Assembly: GCA_016699465.1 (NCBI GenBank)
Contig: CP064977.1
Coordinates: 478,503-542,502, forward strand
Length of the DNA stretch: 64,000 nt
Source of the DNA: Candidatus Campbellbacteria bacterium
Lineage (GTDB): Bacteria > Patescibacteriota > Minisyncoccia > Phycocordibacterales > EsbW-18
Reading direction: 5' to 3'
The notes below the pieces were generated by a model. That model did no database searches. It worked only from the letters and a program-made list of their open reading frames with translations, and had not been told where the DNA came from. Positions 9,249 through 18,602 of the stretch are shown one piece after another. Numbering within the stretch: the first letter of the stretch is position 1; the number at the start of each line of letters is the position of its first letter. Made by a program: the position numbers and the translations under genes.

Positions 9249-11096
9249 TCATTCTGGAGTAAGTGTTGCTTCATACGATACAAAATCACTAGTTACTGAA
9301 AGTGGTGCACTCGTGTACGGCTGATATCCCGATTTTGAAACAGATACGGTGTACACGCCGTCTGAAAGACCAGAAAATGTCACCTGACCAGGAGGAACGC
9401 ACTCTGAAGTAAACGTGAACGAGATATCAGAAATAGTCGGCGTAACCGAAACATCATCGGTTGCCAAAAAAACTTTATACCTAAAATACCTGTTCATGTT
9501 GTGTATTGGATTAATATTCTGATCCGCAAGCGTGTAGTACGTACCTGTTGTTCCGTCGGGACCCAAAAAATTCCACGTTGTCGTCGCCGCATCATTACTA
9601 GTGGCAACTTGTAACCGAACAGCATTTTGCCCTGCAAGAGGCGGCTGATCTTCGGACTGCCATGCAATTCGATAAAAATTACTTGGTGAAGCAACGTCAA
9701 AAATTGATGATGTTAAGTTTCCTGACGGTGTATATGTTCCCGCAAAACGTACGAGCGTTAACACGCCCGCGGGCGCACTTGTTTCTATACCAGCGTCATG
9801 TGAACTATAATTTGAACCCCCGGACCACAACTCTTCACCAGAACCACCCGACCAATCCGTCTGTCGCAAAAATCCACGACCAGTTGTCTGTGTTTCTCCT
9901 CCAGAAATTTCAACATCAGCTTCAGAAATTGGTAATCCCGTACCGCTATCTTTTACTGTCACCAACAACGCATTGGGGTCAGCTGGACCAACAACAACAC
10001 GAACGTCAAGATTTGAATTTGGGGCAATAATAGGAGGAAGAAGCGGGATAAGTCCGAGAAGTTGGTGAGTCCCATCATTAACCGAGAGTGTGTACGTGTC
10101 CCACTCAAGATCATTAATAACTTTTTCCCCAACATAATTTGTTGTGTGTGTCTGGTAGTATTTGTTCACGTCTGGACTTGTTCCTATTAATTTACTTCCC
10201 CGCACACCAACACTCACACTTGGAACAACCGTGCATGTTTGCGTAACACTTTGTATACTCAGCGAACTCAAAAGATCGATTGAAAAACTAATCTGCGTTA
10301 CCTGCTGTTGTGCAACTGTTGCAAAAGGTTTTGTTGGGTTTGGATTACCTGTTGTTCCTTCGTACGTTTGGTCCGAAGAGTACCCTTCTTTGCTCACAAA
10401 CACCTGGTATGCACCCGCACCAGGAGGAATATCCACAAGTTGGAGCACCCCATTGGCGTCCGTCACATCATCAATACGAATGTGTGGAGTTACTTGATTA
10501 TTTTCAACGCGCACATCAGCAGCTTGTACGGGTACCCCGTTGGCATCAAATACTCGAATAAAGAGCGCCCCGTTTGTTGACGCCATCTCAAGATTTTTTG
10601 GACTCACACGAGTCGTAAATATTGCTGAAGAAAAATTTCTACATGCCGCACACGTGATCTTTGCTTCAACGAGCTTATAGTCTGCAGGAGAAATATCATT
10701 GGGAGTTCCGCCGAGCACTCCATCAAACGGATCGTCAATGTTTCGAACTGTTGTCGTCACGGTAAACGTAATACCGTCACGCACAAGTGTTTGTATGTGT
10801 GGAACCAATCCTGAGGGAATACTGTTCACCACACCGACTTTTGCATATGGCATATTTCGAATAATTTCAAACTGCTCAGTTGCAAGTGACGACGCAACGA
10901 GGTTGACCCGCGATGAATCAATAACATTAAACAGTGTTATGTATGCTTGGTATAACCCAACTGCAATAATCAAAAAAAGTGCCGACGCAATGAGCGTTTC
11001 AACAAGTGTAAATCCTTTTTTTGTGTACCCCACAACACGTAACACGCAATATGTATTCGTACCTTTTTTTATTTTGTTACATGCTTCAAGTTTCAT
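9249..11096 (-). CDS. Large prepilin-type protein (pseudopilin or pilus tip protein)
   Basis: KKGFTLVETLIASALFLIIAVGL is a prepilin N-terminus, followed by a long beta-rich extracellular region. Confidence 0.7.
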   Translation of the reverse strand: MKLEACNKIKKGTNTYCVLRVVGYTKKGFTLVETLIASALFLIIAVGLYQAYITLFNVIDSSRVNLVASSLATEQFEIIRNMPYAKVGVVNSIPSGLVPHIQTLVRDGITFTVTTTVRNIDDPFDGVLGGTPNDISPADYKLVEAKITCAACRNFSSAIFTTRVSPKNLEMASTNGALFIRVFDANGVPVQAADVRVENNQVTPHIRIDDVTDANGVLQLVDIPPGAGAYQVFVSKEGYSSDQTYEGTTGNPNPTKPFATVAQQQVTQISFSIDLLSSLSIQSVTQTCTVVPSVSVGVRGSKLIGTSPDVNKYYQTHTTNYVGEKVINDLEWDTYTLSVNDGTHQLLGLIPLLPPIIAPNSNLDVRVVVGPADPNALLVTVKDSGTGLPISEADVEISGGETQTTGRGFLRQTDWSGGSGEELWSGGSNYSSHDAGIETSAPAGVLTLVRFAGTYTPSGNLTSSIFDVASPSNFYRIAWQSEDQPPLAGQNAVRLQVATSNDAATTTWNFLGPDGTTGTYYTLADQNINPIHNMNRYFRYKVFLATDDVSVTPTISDISFTFTSECVPPGQVTFSGLSDGVYTVSVSKSGYQPYTSAPLSVTSDFVSYEATLTPE

Positions 11097-11106
11097 GTAC
11101 TATTCT

Positions 11107-12315
11107 TTAAATTCCTGATGAAAGTGAGTAGATTGGTGAAATCATTGATATTGCAAAAAATCCAACCGCCGCACCAATGATAACCATCAGCACCGGTTCG
11201 ATAATTGTGGACATATCTTTTGTTCGCTGGTCCACTTCTGTTTCAAAAAAGGTGGCAATCTGCAAAAACATGTCTGGCACCTTTCCTGTTTCTTCTCCAA
11301 CCGCAACCATTTCAGTCACCATAGGTGGATACAGGTGTGGGTAGCGTGCAAAAACAGCAGAAAGCTGGGTTCCTTTTTGAATTTCTGTTTCCGCTTCCAA
11401 AAGCACCGCTTTGTAATAGGAATTTTGAAGCACTTCAGTTGTGATAGTAATTGCAGACACAACATCCACACCAGAAGAAAGGAGTGATGCAAATGTTCGC
11501 GACATACGCGCAGAGTTTGTTTGTTGAACAAGTCCCTTAATCACCGGCATGTGCATAATGGCGGTTTCAAATAGTCGTTTCCCTTTTTTCGTACGAAATA
11601 CTTGCACACACACAAGAACAAACCCAATCATTCCACCTATGTACAGAAGTGGGTGCGCAGCGAGCCCGTCTGAAACAGTAACGATAAATTGCGTTGTCAT
11701 TGGCAAATCAACATTCATTTCTTTAAATGTTGAGGTAAGTGTCGGCACAACGTACATGAGCATGAGAATACCGATGATTACCATGAGCGTCATGATAATC
11801 GTTGGGTACATCATTGCCCCACGAATACGTCGACGCAGAGCAAAACTTCTATCCATCTGTTCTGCAGTAATGCGCAACGACTCTCCGAGTTTTCCCGATT
11901 CTTCTCCTGCGCGAACCATTGCAATAAAGAGTGTTGAAAACACATCTGGAAATTTTTCAAAGGCTGCAGAAAGAGGTGTTCCTTTCTGAACTTCCGAGCT
12001 AATAACTGAGAGTGTCTCGCGAAACTTACGACTCTCTGATTGCTTCTCCATAATTGAAATGCCACGCGACACAGTGAGACCTGCATCAACCATTGTTGCA
12101 AGATTTTTTGCAAAGGTAATCTTTTCAGTAAGCTTGATACGACTAAAATCCAAATTGAATTTTTGAAGCCACGACTTCTCTTTTATTTCATTTGCAGAAA
12201 TAAGTGTTTCTCCCTCACTAGAAAGTTGTTTGGCAAGTGCAAATGAATCTTCCGCTTCTCCGGTTTTTTCGTACACTTCACCTGTTGTAGAAACCGCCTT
12301 GTACTTTAAATGCAT
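11107..12315 (-). CDS. pilC: Type IV pilus assembly platform protein PilC (GspF family)
   Basis: Two GspF-type repeats and a polytopic membrane topology. The likely start is the internal Met (MHLKYKAV). Confidence 0.85.
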   Translation of the reverse strand: MHLKYKAVSTTGEVYEKTGEAEDSFALAKQLSSEGETLISANEIKEKSWLQKFNLDFSRIKLTEKITFAKNLATMVDAGLTVSRGISIMEKQSESRKFRETLSVISSEVQKGTPLSAAFEKFPDVFSTLFIAMVRAGEESGKLGESLRITAEQMDRSFALRRRIRGAMMYPTIIMTLMVIIGILMLMYVVPTLTSTFKEMNVDLPMTTQFIVTVSDGLAAHPLLYIGGMIGFVLVCVQVFRTKKGKRLFETAIMHMPVIKGLVQQTNSARMSRTFASLLSSGVDVVSAITITTEVLQNSYYKAVLLEAETEIQKGTQLSAVFARYPHLYPPMVTEMVAVGEETGKVPDMFLQIATFFETEVDQRTKDMSTIIEPVLMVIIGAAVGFFAISMISPIYSLSSGI

Positions 12316-12381
12316 GTTTCTATTATCGCACACGTTTGCATAAAAAAATTCCACATGAAGTGGATTTGTGTGCATTTTAGA

Positions 12382-12405
12382 GAATTTTTGTAACAACAAA
12401 AATTC
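12382..12405. promoter_or_regulatory. Palindromic operator GAATTTTTGT-aaca-ACAAAAATTC upstream of pilC
   Basis: 10 bp perfect inverted arms. A second copy with one mismatch lies upstream of pilB at 14401-14424, with about 35 nt of conserved context. Confidence 0.5.
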
Positions 12406-12466
12406 GTGATACAGAGCGAGTCTCTATTTTGTAGAAGCTCCTGCAGGCACGACGGTGCCGGAAGAA

Positions 12467-12492
12467 GAAAACCGCCAACGGGCGGTTTTTGT
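12467..12492 (-). terminator. Intrinsic terminator after pilB, nested inside a 17 bp long-range inverted repeat
   Basis: AAACCGCC-aacg-GGCGGTTTTT. The outer arms CTCTATTTTGTAGAAGC (12422-12438) and GCTTCTACAAAATAGAG (12493-12509) enclose it. Confidence 0.55.
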
Positions 12493-12521
12493 GCTTCTAC
12501 AAAATAGAGGCGAGCGTAGAG

Positions 12522-14270
12522 CTACTCCGTGACCACACGCAACACCTCCTCAAGGGTTGTAAGTCCTTGCACGGCCTTGTACACACCGTCTTCAATCATC
12601 GTCATCATCCCCTCTTTCTTTGCTTGCTCTTCCATTTCTTCCATCGACGCACGCTTAATCATGAGTTCGCGTAGTGCGCTTGAAACCTTGAGTACTTCAT
12701 GAATACCGATACGCCCCTTATACCCATCATCTGTGTCTGTAACATCTTTTGGTCTATAAAACGGGACATCTTTCCATGTCGCATTCTTTGCAACCAATCC
12801 TTCTGTCTTCAAAAAGCCCATCATTCGATCAAGATCAACCGATCTTCCTAGTGCTTTCAACTCATCAGCCGAAAGTGTGTACTTCTCTTTTCGTGCAAGC
12901 ACTCGCACCAAACGCTGTCCAACAATAACCTTGAGTGTTGATGCAATGAGAAATGGCTCTGCACCCATGTCCAACATTCGTGGCACGGCACCCGCAGCCG
13001 AGTTGGTGTGAATTGTTGAGAGCACAAGGTGACCAGTAAGCGCCGCGTTAATCGCGAGCCCAATTGTTTCACCGTCACGAATTTCTCCAACCATAATAAT
13101 GTCAGGATCTTGTCGAACAAGCGCACGTAGTCCATTACCAAACGTCATACCTATTTCTGGTTTTACCTGCGTCTGATTTATTCGTGGCATCTGATACTCA
13201 ATCGGATCTTCAATAGTAGAAATATTGACATCGGGCGTATTCAAAATATCGAGAACAGTATACAGCGTCGTGGTCTTTCCTGAACCCGTTGGACCAGTTG
13301 CGAGAATTAATCCTGTTGCTTGCTTTGTTGCCCAGTGGAGTGCCTCAAGTCCTCCTCCATGAAATCCGAGCGTCTCCAACGTAAAGCCTGATGCTCCTTC
13401 ATGCAAAATACGCATCACAATTTTTTCACCGTAGTAAATTGGAAGGGTTGAAACACGAAAACTCACACGCTCGCTCTCAATATTCATTTTGAATCGCCCA
13501 TCTTGCGGAAGTCGTTTTTCGTCCAGTTTCAAATTTGAAAGCACTTTAATACGCGCAACGATTCCGGCCGTTACTTGTTTCGGAAGCGTCATCGCATCAT
13601 GTAGTAAGCCGTCAATGCGATACCGAATCAACAAATCTTTTTCCATTGGTTCAATGTGAATATCTGAAGCGTTTTCAACAACGGCGTGACGAATAAGTGT
13701 TTCAACAATACGAATCACCGGAAGATCTTCGGCCAATTTTTTGAGTGCTTCTCCAGACGCGTTCTCTCCCACATTTTCAGATGATACGGAAAGCGCAGTG
13801 GCTTCATTTTTGAGAATATCGCCAAATTCCAACTTCAAACTTCGCTGGTATTGAATGAGCGCATGCTTAATCGAGTCAACATCCGTTAATCGTGGAAGAA
13901 TGGTTAGCCCTGTTTTCTTTTTGACAAAATCAATTGCCTTCAAGTCCTGCACGTCAAGCATGGCAACTTCCAGATCTTTTTCTGTTACCCGAAACGCAAT
14001 AATATTATTTGAACGAGCAATCGGTTCGGGAATAAGTGAGAGTGTTTTAAAATCTATCGTTTCATTTTTTAAATCAATAAACGGAATGCCAATAACGTGC
14101 GCCTTCGCACGACGCAAATCGTCTTCGGGAATAATTCCTTCTGACACAATCAAATCCTCAAACGAGATTTTTTTCTTTGTCGCCTCAGCTTCAAGCTCTT
14201 GGGCTTTTCCAAGAGAGAGCATTTTGGTATCAACCAGAAACTGAATGAGTTGTTGTATGTCAAATTGCAT
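12522..14270 (-). CDS. pilB: Type IV pilus assembly ATPase PilB (GspE family)
   Basis: Walker A GPTGSGKTTTLY, the Asp box and the His box of GspE/PilB ATPases are present. Confidence 0.9.
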   Translation of the reverse strand: MQFDIQQLIQFLVDTKMLSLGKAQELEAEATKKKISFEDLIVSEGIIPEDDLRRAKAHVIGIPFIDLKNETIDFKTLSLIPEPIARSNNIIAFRVTEKDLEVAMLDVQDLKAIDFVKKKTGLTILPRLTDVDSIKHALIQYQRSLKLEFGDILKNEATALSVSSENVGENASGEALKKLAEDLPVIRIVETLIRHAVVENASDIHIEPMEKDLLIRYRIDGLLHDAMTLPKQVTAGIVARIKVLSNLKLDEKRLPQDGRFKMNIESERVSFRVSTLPIYYGEKIVMRILHEGASGFTLETLGFHGGGLEALHWATKQATGLILATGPTGSGKTTTLYTVLDILNTPDVNISTIEDPIEYQMPRINQTQVKPEIGMTFGNGLRALVRQDPDIIMVGEIRDGETIGLAINAALTGHLVLSTIHTNSAAGAVPRMLDMGAEPFLIASTLKVIVGQRLVRVLARKEKYTLSADELKALGRSVDLDRMMGFLKTEGLVAKNATWKDVPFYRPKDVTDTDDGYKGRIGIHEVLKVSSALRELMIKRASMEEMEEQAKKEGMMTMIEDGVYKAVQGLTTLEEVLRVVTE

Positions 14271-14400
14271 GTAACGTGGGAATTTGAAATTAGAAGTGAG
14301 ATGTTGGAAACGTGAGGAGTTGGTGATTAGAAAAGATGCAATACTTTAGATTCTATTGTAGCATTTTTTGTTCGCAAAAAAGTCATTTCTATATTTTACA

Positions 14401-14424
14401 GAATTTTTGTAACAACAAAAGTTC
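14401..14424. promoter_or_regulatory. Second copy of the pilus operator (GAATTTTTGTAACAACAAAAGTTC) upstream of pilB
   Basis: 23 of 24 nt match the 12382-12405 site, and the flanks are also conserved. Confidence 0.5.
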
Positions 14425-14451
14425 GGGTACGAAGCACACATACATACAAAA

Positions 14452-14484
14452 ACACCCAGCATGTTTGCTGGGTGTTTTCTTTTC
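14452..14484. terminator. Bidirectional hairpin ACACCCAGCA-tgtt-TGCTGGGTGT plus T tract
   Basis: Stem-loop followed by TTTCTTTTCC, downstream of the SIMPL gene and upstream of pilB. A related ACCCAGCA-armed hairpin lies upstream of the second pilB at 54155-54192. Confidence 0.5.
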
Positions 14485-14520
14485 CGCATAATTTTGCGTA
14501 TAGCCTGCGTCTGTCCGCGT

Positions 14521-15375
14521 CTAGCGAATTTCGTACGTAATAGACACATTCGCCGTAATAGTATTTTGTCCGACAGGGATTTGTGGAGAAACTGATGCGC
14601 TATCACTTGAAACAGTTGCTTCCATACCCTTGTACATGACCGGATAGTACCCACCACCATTTTCTGAGAAGCTCACAATGCGTACCAACTTCACGCCGAG
14701 ATCTTTTGCAAGTTGTTGTGCTTTTGTTTTTGCATCATCAATTGCTTTCTGTCGTGCCTCTCGTTGGAGTGCGACTTCGTCATCAATAGTAAACGTTGGC
14801 CCGTACATGTTTGTTGCACCCTTTGCGCCAATACCTGTAACCAATGCGCCTACTTTTTCTGTATCACGAACTTTTACCGTAATGGTCTGACTTACTTCAT
14901 ACCCAACAAGTACTTGATTCTGTGGAGGATAGTACACAGGCATCATTTCAATACCAGCAGAAGAACCCGCCGACATTCCTGAGGCTGCTGCTGGGACCGA
15001 TGTACCAGACGCGCGATATTCGTATTTTGGATTTGCACTGTAGTTTGCCGTTTGAATATCCTTCTCAGCAACCCCCTGTTCTTTGAGGTATGTCATGATT
15101 GCATTAATTTTTTCTGCCGATGCTGTTTGTGCTTCAGTCAATGTTTTTTTCTCAGCAACAACTGAAAAACCAATTTCCGCAATATCGGGAACAGCAAATA
15201 CTTTTCCTTCTCCGCTCACCGCGATAACGTTCGAGGCAGAAACACCGCCACCAATATATCGATTTTCTTTTAATGCATTAATCGCCAAAACAGCGACAAA
15301 AAGTATGAGAACGATGCAGAGCCATCCTACATACTGTATTGTTTTTTGTGTTACGTTTGTTTCCATAGAGTACAA
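14521..15375 (-). CDS. SIMPL-domain (DUF541 / YggE-like) periplasmic protein
   Basis: N-terminal TM segment plus the SIMPL-type repeat architecture (QQLAKDLGVKLVRIVSFSE). Confidence 0.7.
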   Translation of the reverse strand: MYSMETNVTQKTIQYVGWLCIVLILFVAVLAINALKENRYIGGGVSASNVIAVSGEGKVFAVPDIAEIGFSVVAEKKTLTEAQTASAEKINAIMTYLKEQGVAEKDIQTANYSANPKYEYRASGTSVPAAASGMSAGSSAGIEMMPVYYPPQNQVLVGYEVSQTITVKVRDTEKVGALVTGIGAKGATNMYGPTFTIDDEVALQREARQKAIDDAKTKAQQLAKDLGVKLVRIVSFSENGGGYYPVMYKGMEATVSSDSASVSPQIPVGQNTITANVSITYEIR

Positions 15376-15451
15376 TTATATTTGTAATACGAGGTACTAC
15401 TCCAGTATACGCCACCTACTAGAAAACGTTACACCGCAGCGAGTCAACGCA

Positions 15452-16048
15452 CTATGCTACGAACACTGACATGTTAGATACTTTTTTTGACCACGCCACT
15501 ATAAGGAGGAACACGAGCAGAGTTACTGACATAACAGGGATTGTTATGTACCCGAGCCCTTCAACATACTTTTCTAAACACGACGAAGCCGCACTACCCG
15601 GTTCACAAAATGCTGATGCTGTATTGAATGTTTGAATAAAGACGTTATACAGCGCAACGCTGAGTCCGAAAAAAGAAAGTGTACTTGTGTACAAAAATAC
15701 ATCACGACGATCATACCACCGTGCAAGGCCAAATATAATCACCTGAGGATAAATGAACACTCGCTGAACCCAACACAGCGAACACGCTGCAAACCCGGCA
15801 ACTTCAGAGTAATAGAGACTCCCCACAACTGACGCGAACAACACCAGAAAAGATATCGGAATCGCTTGACGACCAACAAATGGAATAAGTTTTGAAAAGG
15901 GAGAAACACGCACTATACCAAGAAGGAGTACCACACACGCAATCTGCAAGGCAAGAACGCTCCATATAATAAGCGGATTCATGAGCCAATAGAGTGGGAT
16001 TGTTTCCATAGGTAGGGAGAGTATATCACCAACACTCACCATCGTCAC
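15452..16048 (-). CDS. Disulfide bond formation protein (DsbB/BdbC family)
   Basis: Four TM segments with a CSLC redox pair in the first periplasmic loop and a second Cys pair (C..C) later. Confidence 0.65.
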   Translation of the reverse strand: MTMVSVGDILSLPMETIPLYWLMNPLIIWSVLALQIACVVLLLGIVRVSPFSKLIPFVGRQAIPISFLVLFASVVGSLYYSEVAGFAACSLCWVQRVFIYPQVIIFGLARWYDRRDVFLYTSTLSFFGLSVALYNVFIQTFNTASAFCEPGSAASSCLEKYVEGLGYITIPVMSVTLLVFLLIVAWSKKVSNMSVFVA

Positions 16049-16117
16049 TTACAAACGTAAAACACCCGACACACTGTCGGATGTTTTATTTTTACATAAT
16101 TAATTCTGCACGTTGCA

Positions 16118-16630
16118 CTACATTCCCATTTCCTGTTGTAATGGCTGCCCCTCAACAGGTGCTTGATACCCAAGAATTGTCGGATTTAGCATACCAAAGA
16201 TCATCGCGATGTGTGCAACAATCAAAAATACCCCAACCCACAGTGCGTGCCACTTCATTCTCGTTTCTTCATCATACTTCGCACCAACAACCCCAAGTTC
16301 AAGAAGTGTAATTGCTCCAAGAGGTACGACACCAAGAAGGTACGAACCTACCGCCACAACATCTGCAATTCCCCGCCATCCTCTAGATGTAGTGAGTGGA
16401 ATTACTGCGACCTGTAACAGATAGAGAGTTACCCCAAGAAAGTAAACACCAGCAATACCACCTGCGATGCGAGACAGTGTTTTTACCCACGTGTGCACAT
16501 TTCTAGTAAATAAGAGATACAGCTCAGTAATTGCAATTGTTTCCGCTAAGATAACCGGAACGGCCATAAAGATAAGAAGGTTCCATGGCTGATTAGTAGC
16601 CAGAAGTTCCATGTAATGAGTCATCAACAT
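16118..16630 (-). CDS. Polytopic membrane protein of unknown function
   Basis: A 170 aa ORF with 5-6 hydrophobic helices. Confidence 0.5.
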   Translation of the reverse strand: MLMTHYMELLATNQPWNLLIFMAVPVILAETIAITELYLLFTRNVHTWVKTLSRIAGGIAGVYFLGVTLYLLQVAVIPLTTSRGWRGIADVVAVGSYLLGVVPLGAITLLELGVVGAKYDEETRMKWHALWVGVFLIVAHIAMIFGMLNPTILGYQAPVEGQPLQQEMGM

Positions 16631-16658
16631 ATCAATAGTTTTTTAGTTACGAATAAAA

Positions 16659-17015
16659 CTAATGACGTTGATATGGAGGAGCGTGAAAAATATGCGACAA
16701 CCACACAAGTACAAAAGGCGGCGGCTGATCAAATACTTCTTCTAGAATTTGATAACTTAGTTTTTTCTGCAAAAGAAATACTCCGTGATACGCCCAAAGA
16801 AAAAAGAGTGCAACGAAGGTGTACACCAAAAAGAAAAAAATGGCCGAAGACAATTCAAAAACATTTTGTGTATGCAATGCAGCAGCGTCAAAACGATCGT
16901 GCATATGTTCCGTGTGAATCATCACCACAGGACACAAGAGAAGCACAAAAAGAAAAATACCTAGAAGAAACGGGGCTATTTTTTGCATACATTTGAAGTA
17001 TACCCCGAGCACCAT
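16659..17015 (-). CDS. Small membrane protein of unknown function
   Basis: A 118 aa hydrophobic ORF. Confidence 0.4.
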   Translation of the reverse strand: MVLGVYFKCMQKIAPFLLGIFLFVLLLCPVVMIHTEHMHDRFDAAALHTQNVFELSSAIFFFLVYTFVALFFLWAYHGVFLLQKKLSYQILEEVFDQPPPFVLVWLSHIFHAPPYQRH

Positions 17016-17094
17016 TTTTTCAAAAGCGTACTCACGTCATACTACAAACCCACCTCGTACGAAGTGGGCTTGTAGTGCCATACAATGAATGAAT

Positions 17095-17631
17095 TTATTG
17101 TACGTTTGTGGTGGCGTCTTTAAATACAACGAGCTTGAGGACGTCATCGTACGACAATGTGGTATCAATATTTTTCTTAACGTACATCAACACAGGGGTG
17201 ATGTTTGAACGTTCCTGAAGAACAACTGAAAAGTTTCGTAGTGTTGTTGCTCCGGCGAGTACTTCTACATCAGTTGTTAGATCTGGGTGTCGAGAAACAA
17301 CAATCTTTGTAATTCCTTGAGAAACTCCTGTGATCGTGCCAGTTACCACTTCAGCAGGTGATGTTTCTATATCCGCGCCAATTTTTTCTGTTGTCTCAAC
17401 GGTTGTCGTTGCTTCCGCACCGGTAGAGGATGGTGTGCTTCTACTGCGTTGAACAAACACAACAAGAGCAAGTACCACAACAATAACGACGGCCCATAGC
17501 ACAATATTCTTTTTATCCCCCTGATTTGCCGGAGATGCGCCAAACGGAGGAGTTGTTCCACCAAAATTCTGTGTGCCTGTTGAAGGATTGTTAGTAAAAC
17601 CCTTTTGGTTGTTTGCGTAAAAAGTATTCAT
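17095..17631 (-). CDS. Single-pass membrane protein with a Thr-rich extracellular domain
   Basis: A 178 aa ORF with one TM segment (IVLWAVVIVVVLALVVFV). Confidence 0.45.
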   Translation of the reverse strand: MNTFYANNQKGFTNNPSTGTQNFGGTTPPFGASPANQGDKKNIVLWAVVIVVVLALVVFVQRSRSTPSSTGAEATTTVETTEKIGADIETSPAEVVTGTITGVSQGITKIVVSRHPDLTTDVEVLAGATTLRNFSVVLQERSNITPVLMYVKKNIDTTLSYDDVLKLVVFKDATTNVQ

Positions 17632-17721
17632 AAAAACGAGCTACTATTAAATAACAATATCAAGAGTATATCACACTCAAAATACTGTAAAATGTCTCAA
17701 AAAAAGGGGCACAAAAGAGCC

Positions 17722-18294
17722 CTATTGTGCGTATCGCCGAATAACCGAACGAACAACTGCACCAATAGAAAGGTCTTCTTGAGGATAAATATTTTGATAT
17801 TTCTTATTTCCCGGCTGGAGGTAATATCCTTGTGCATTTTGACGAAGATATTTGAGCGTCCAGAGTCCATCGACATCGGCAACAACAATGTCCCCCGCCT
17901 TCCATTTGTTGGTACGTTCAACAAGTACAAAATCGCCTTCAAAAATTCCAGCATCAACCATAGAGTCGCCCTTCACCTTGAGAATAAATGTTGCATTGTG
18001 ATCGTTAATGAGCCACTCATCGAGAGTTAGTGAATCAAACTCGTGTTCTTCTGTTGGTGATGGGATACCCGCTTCAATAAACCCGAGCATCTTTACTTCA
18101 CCAAAGAGCGTTGTGGGGGTGAGGCGCCCGAGATGATCTTTTGTAATAGTACCCGCTTCAACAAGTTTTTCGACAACCTTAAATACTGCATTTTTTGATT
18201 TAAACCCAAAGAGTCCGGCCATCTCCGCGTATGTTGGCATGCGGTGATGACGTTCGTAAAACGTGTGCAGTTTTTGTGTGTAGGAAGTCAACAT
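17722..18294 (-). CDS. lexA: LexA repressor (S24 peptidase)
   Basis: Winged HTH (PTYAEMAGLFGFKSKNAVFKVVEKL) plus the S24 catalytic region VKGDSMVDAGIFEGDFVLV...K. The start could alternatively be the upstream Met at 18360. Confidence 0.85.
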   Translation of the reverse strand: MLTSYTQKLHTFYERHHRMPTYAEMAGLFGFKSKNAVFKVVEKLVEAGTITKDHLGRLTPTTLFGEVKMLGFIEAGIPSPTEEHEFDSLTLDEWLINDHNATFILKVKGDSMVDAGIFEGDFVLVERTNKWKAGDIVVADVDGLWTLKYLRQNAQGYYLQPGNKKYQNIYPQEDLSIGAVVRSVIRRYAQ

Positions 18295-18488
18295 TAGAAG
18301 AGTGCCATAACCGACCCCAACCTTTTGAAAAGTGACGGTCGTCGATTCCGTCGTGCCCATTGTATCAGCTCTTTGTGTCGCTTTGCTTCAGCGCGATATG
18401 AAATTCCTTGCATTATTTTTTCATCAATAACCCAGTTGAGATGATCAATCTCCTTGTCGATGTATTGTATGTACTCTTGGTACTTCAT
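18294..18488 (-). CDS. Possible small ORF (64 aa) forming the first gene of the lexA transcription unit
   Basis: The ORF ends where lexA begins. The LexA box lies 50 bp upstream of its ATG. There is no homology support. Confidence 0.25.
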   Translation of the reverse strand: MKYQEYIQYIDKEIDHLNWVIDEKIMQGISYRAEAKRHKELIQWARRNRRPSLFKRLGSVMALF

Positions 18489-18537
18489 ATAAATAGTTGT
18501 TAAAACGTATAACCCTTTTGATGGATATAAGTATAAG

Positions 18538-18551
18538 TGAACGACCGTTCA
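18538..18551. promoter_or_regulatory. LexA box (Cheo-type GAAC-N4-GTTC): TGAACGACCGTTCA
   Basis: A perfect GAAC/GTTC palindrome in the divergent region between the lexA unit and a DUF457-like membrane hydrolase gene. Confidence 0.5.
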
Positions 18552-18602
18552 CCTGTCAAACTATGTATGTGGAAAACTCACTTTTTGCTATACTCTACCT
18601 CA

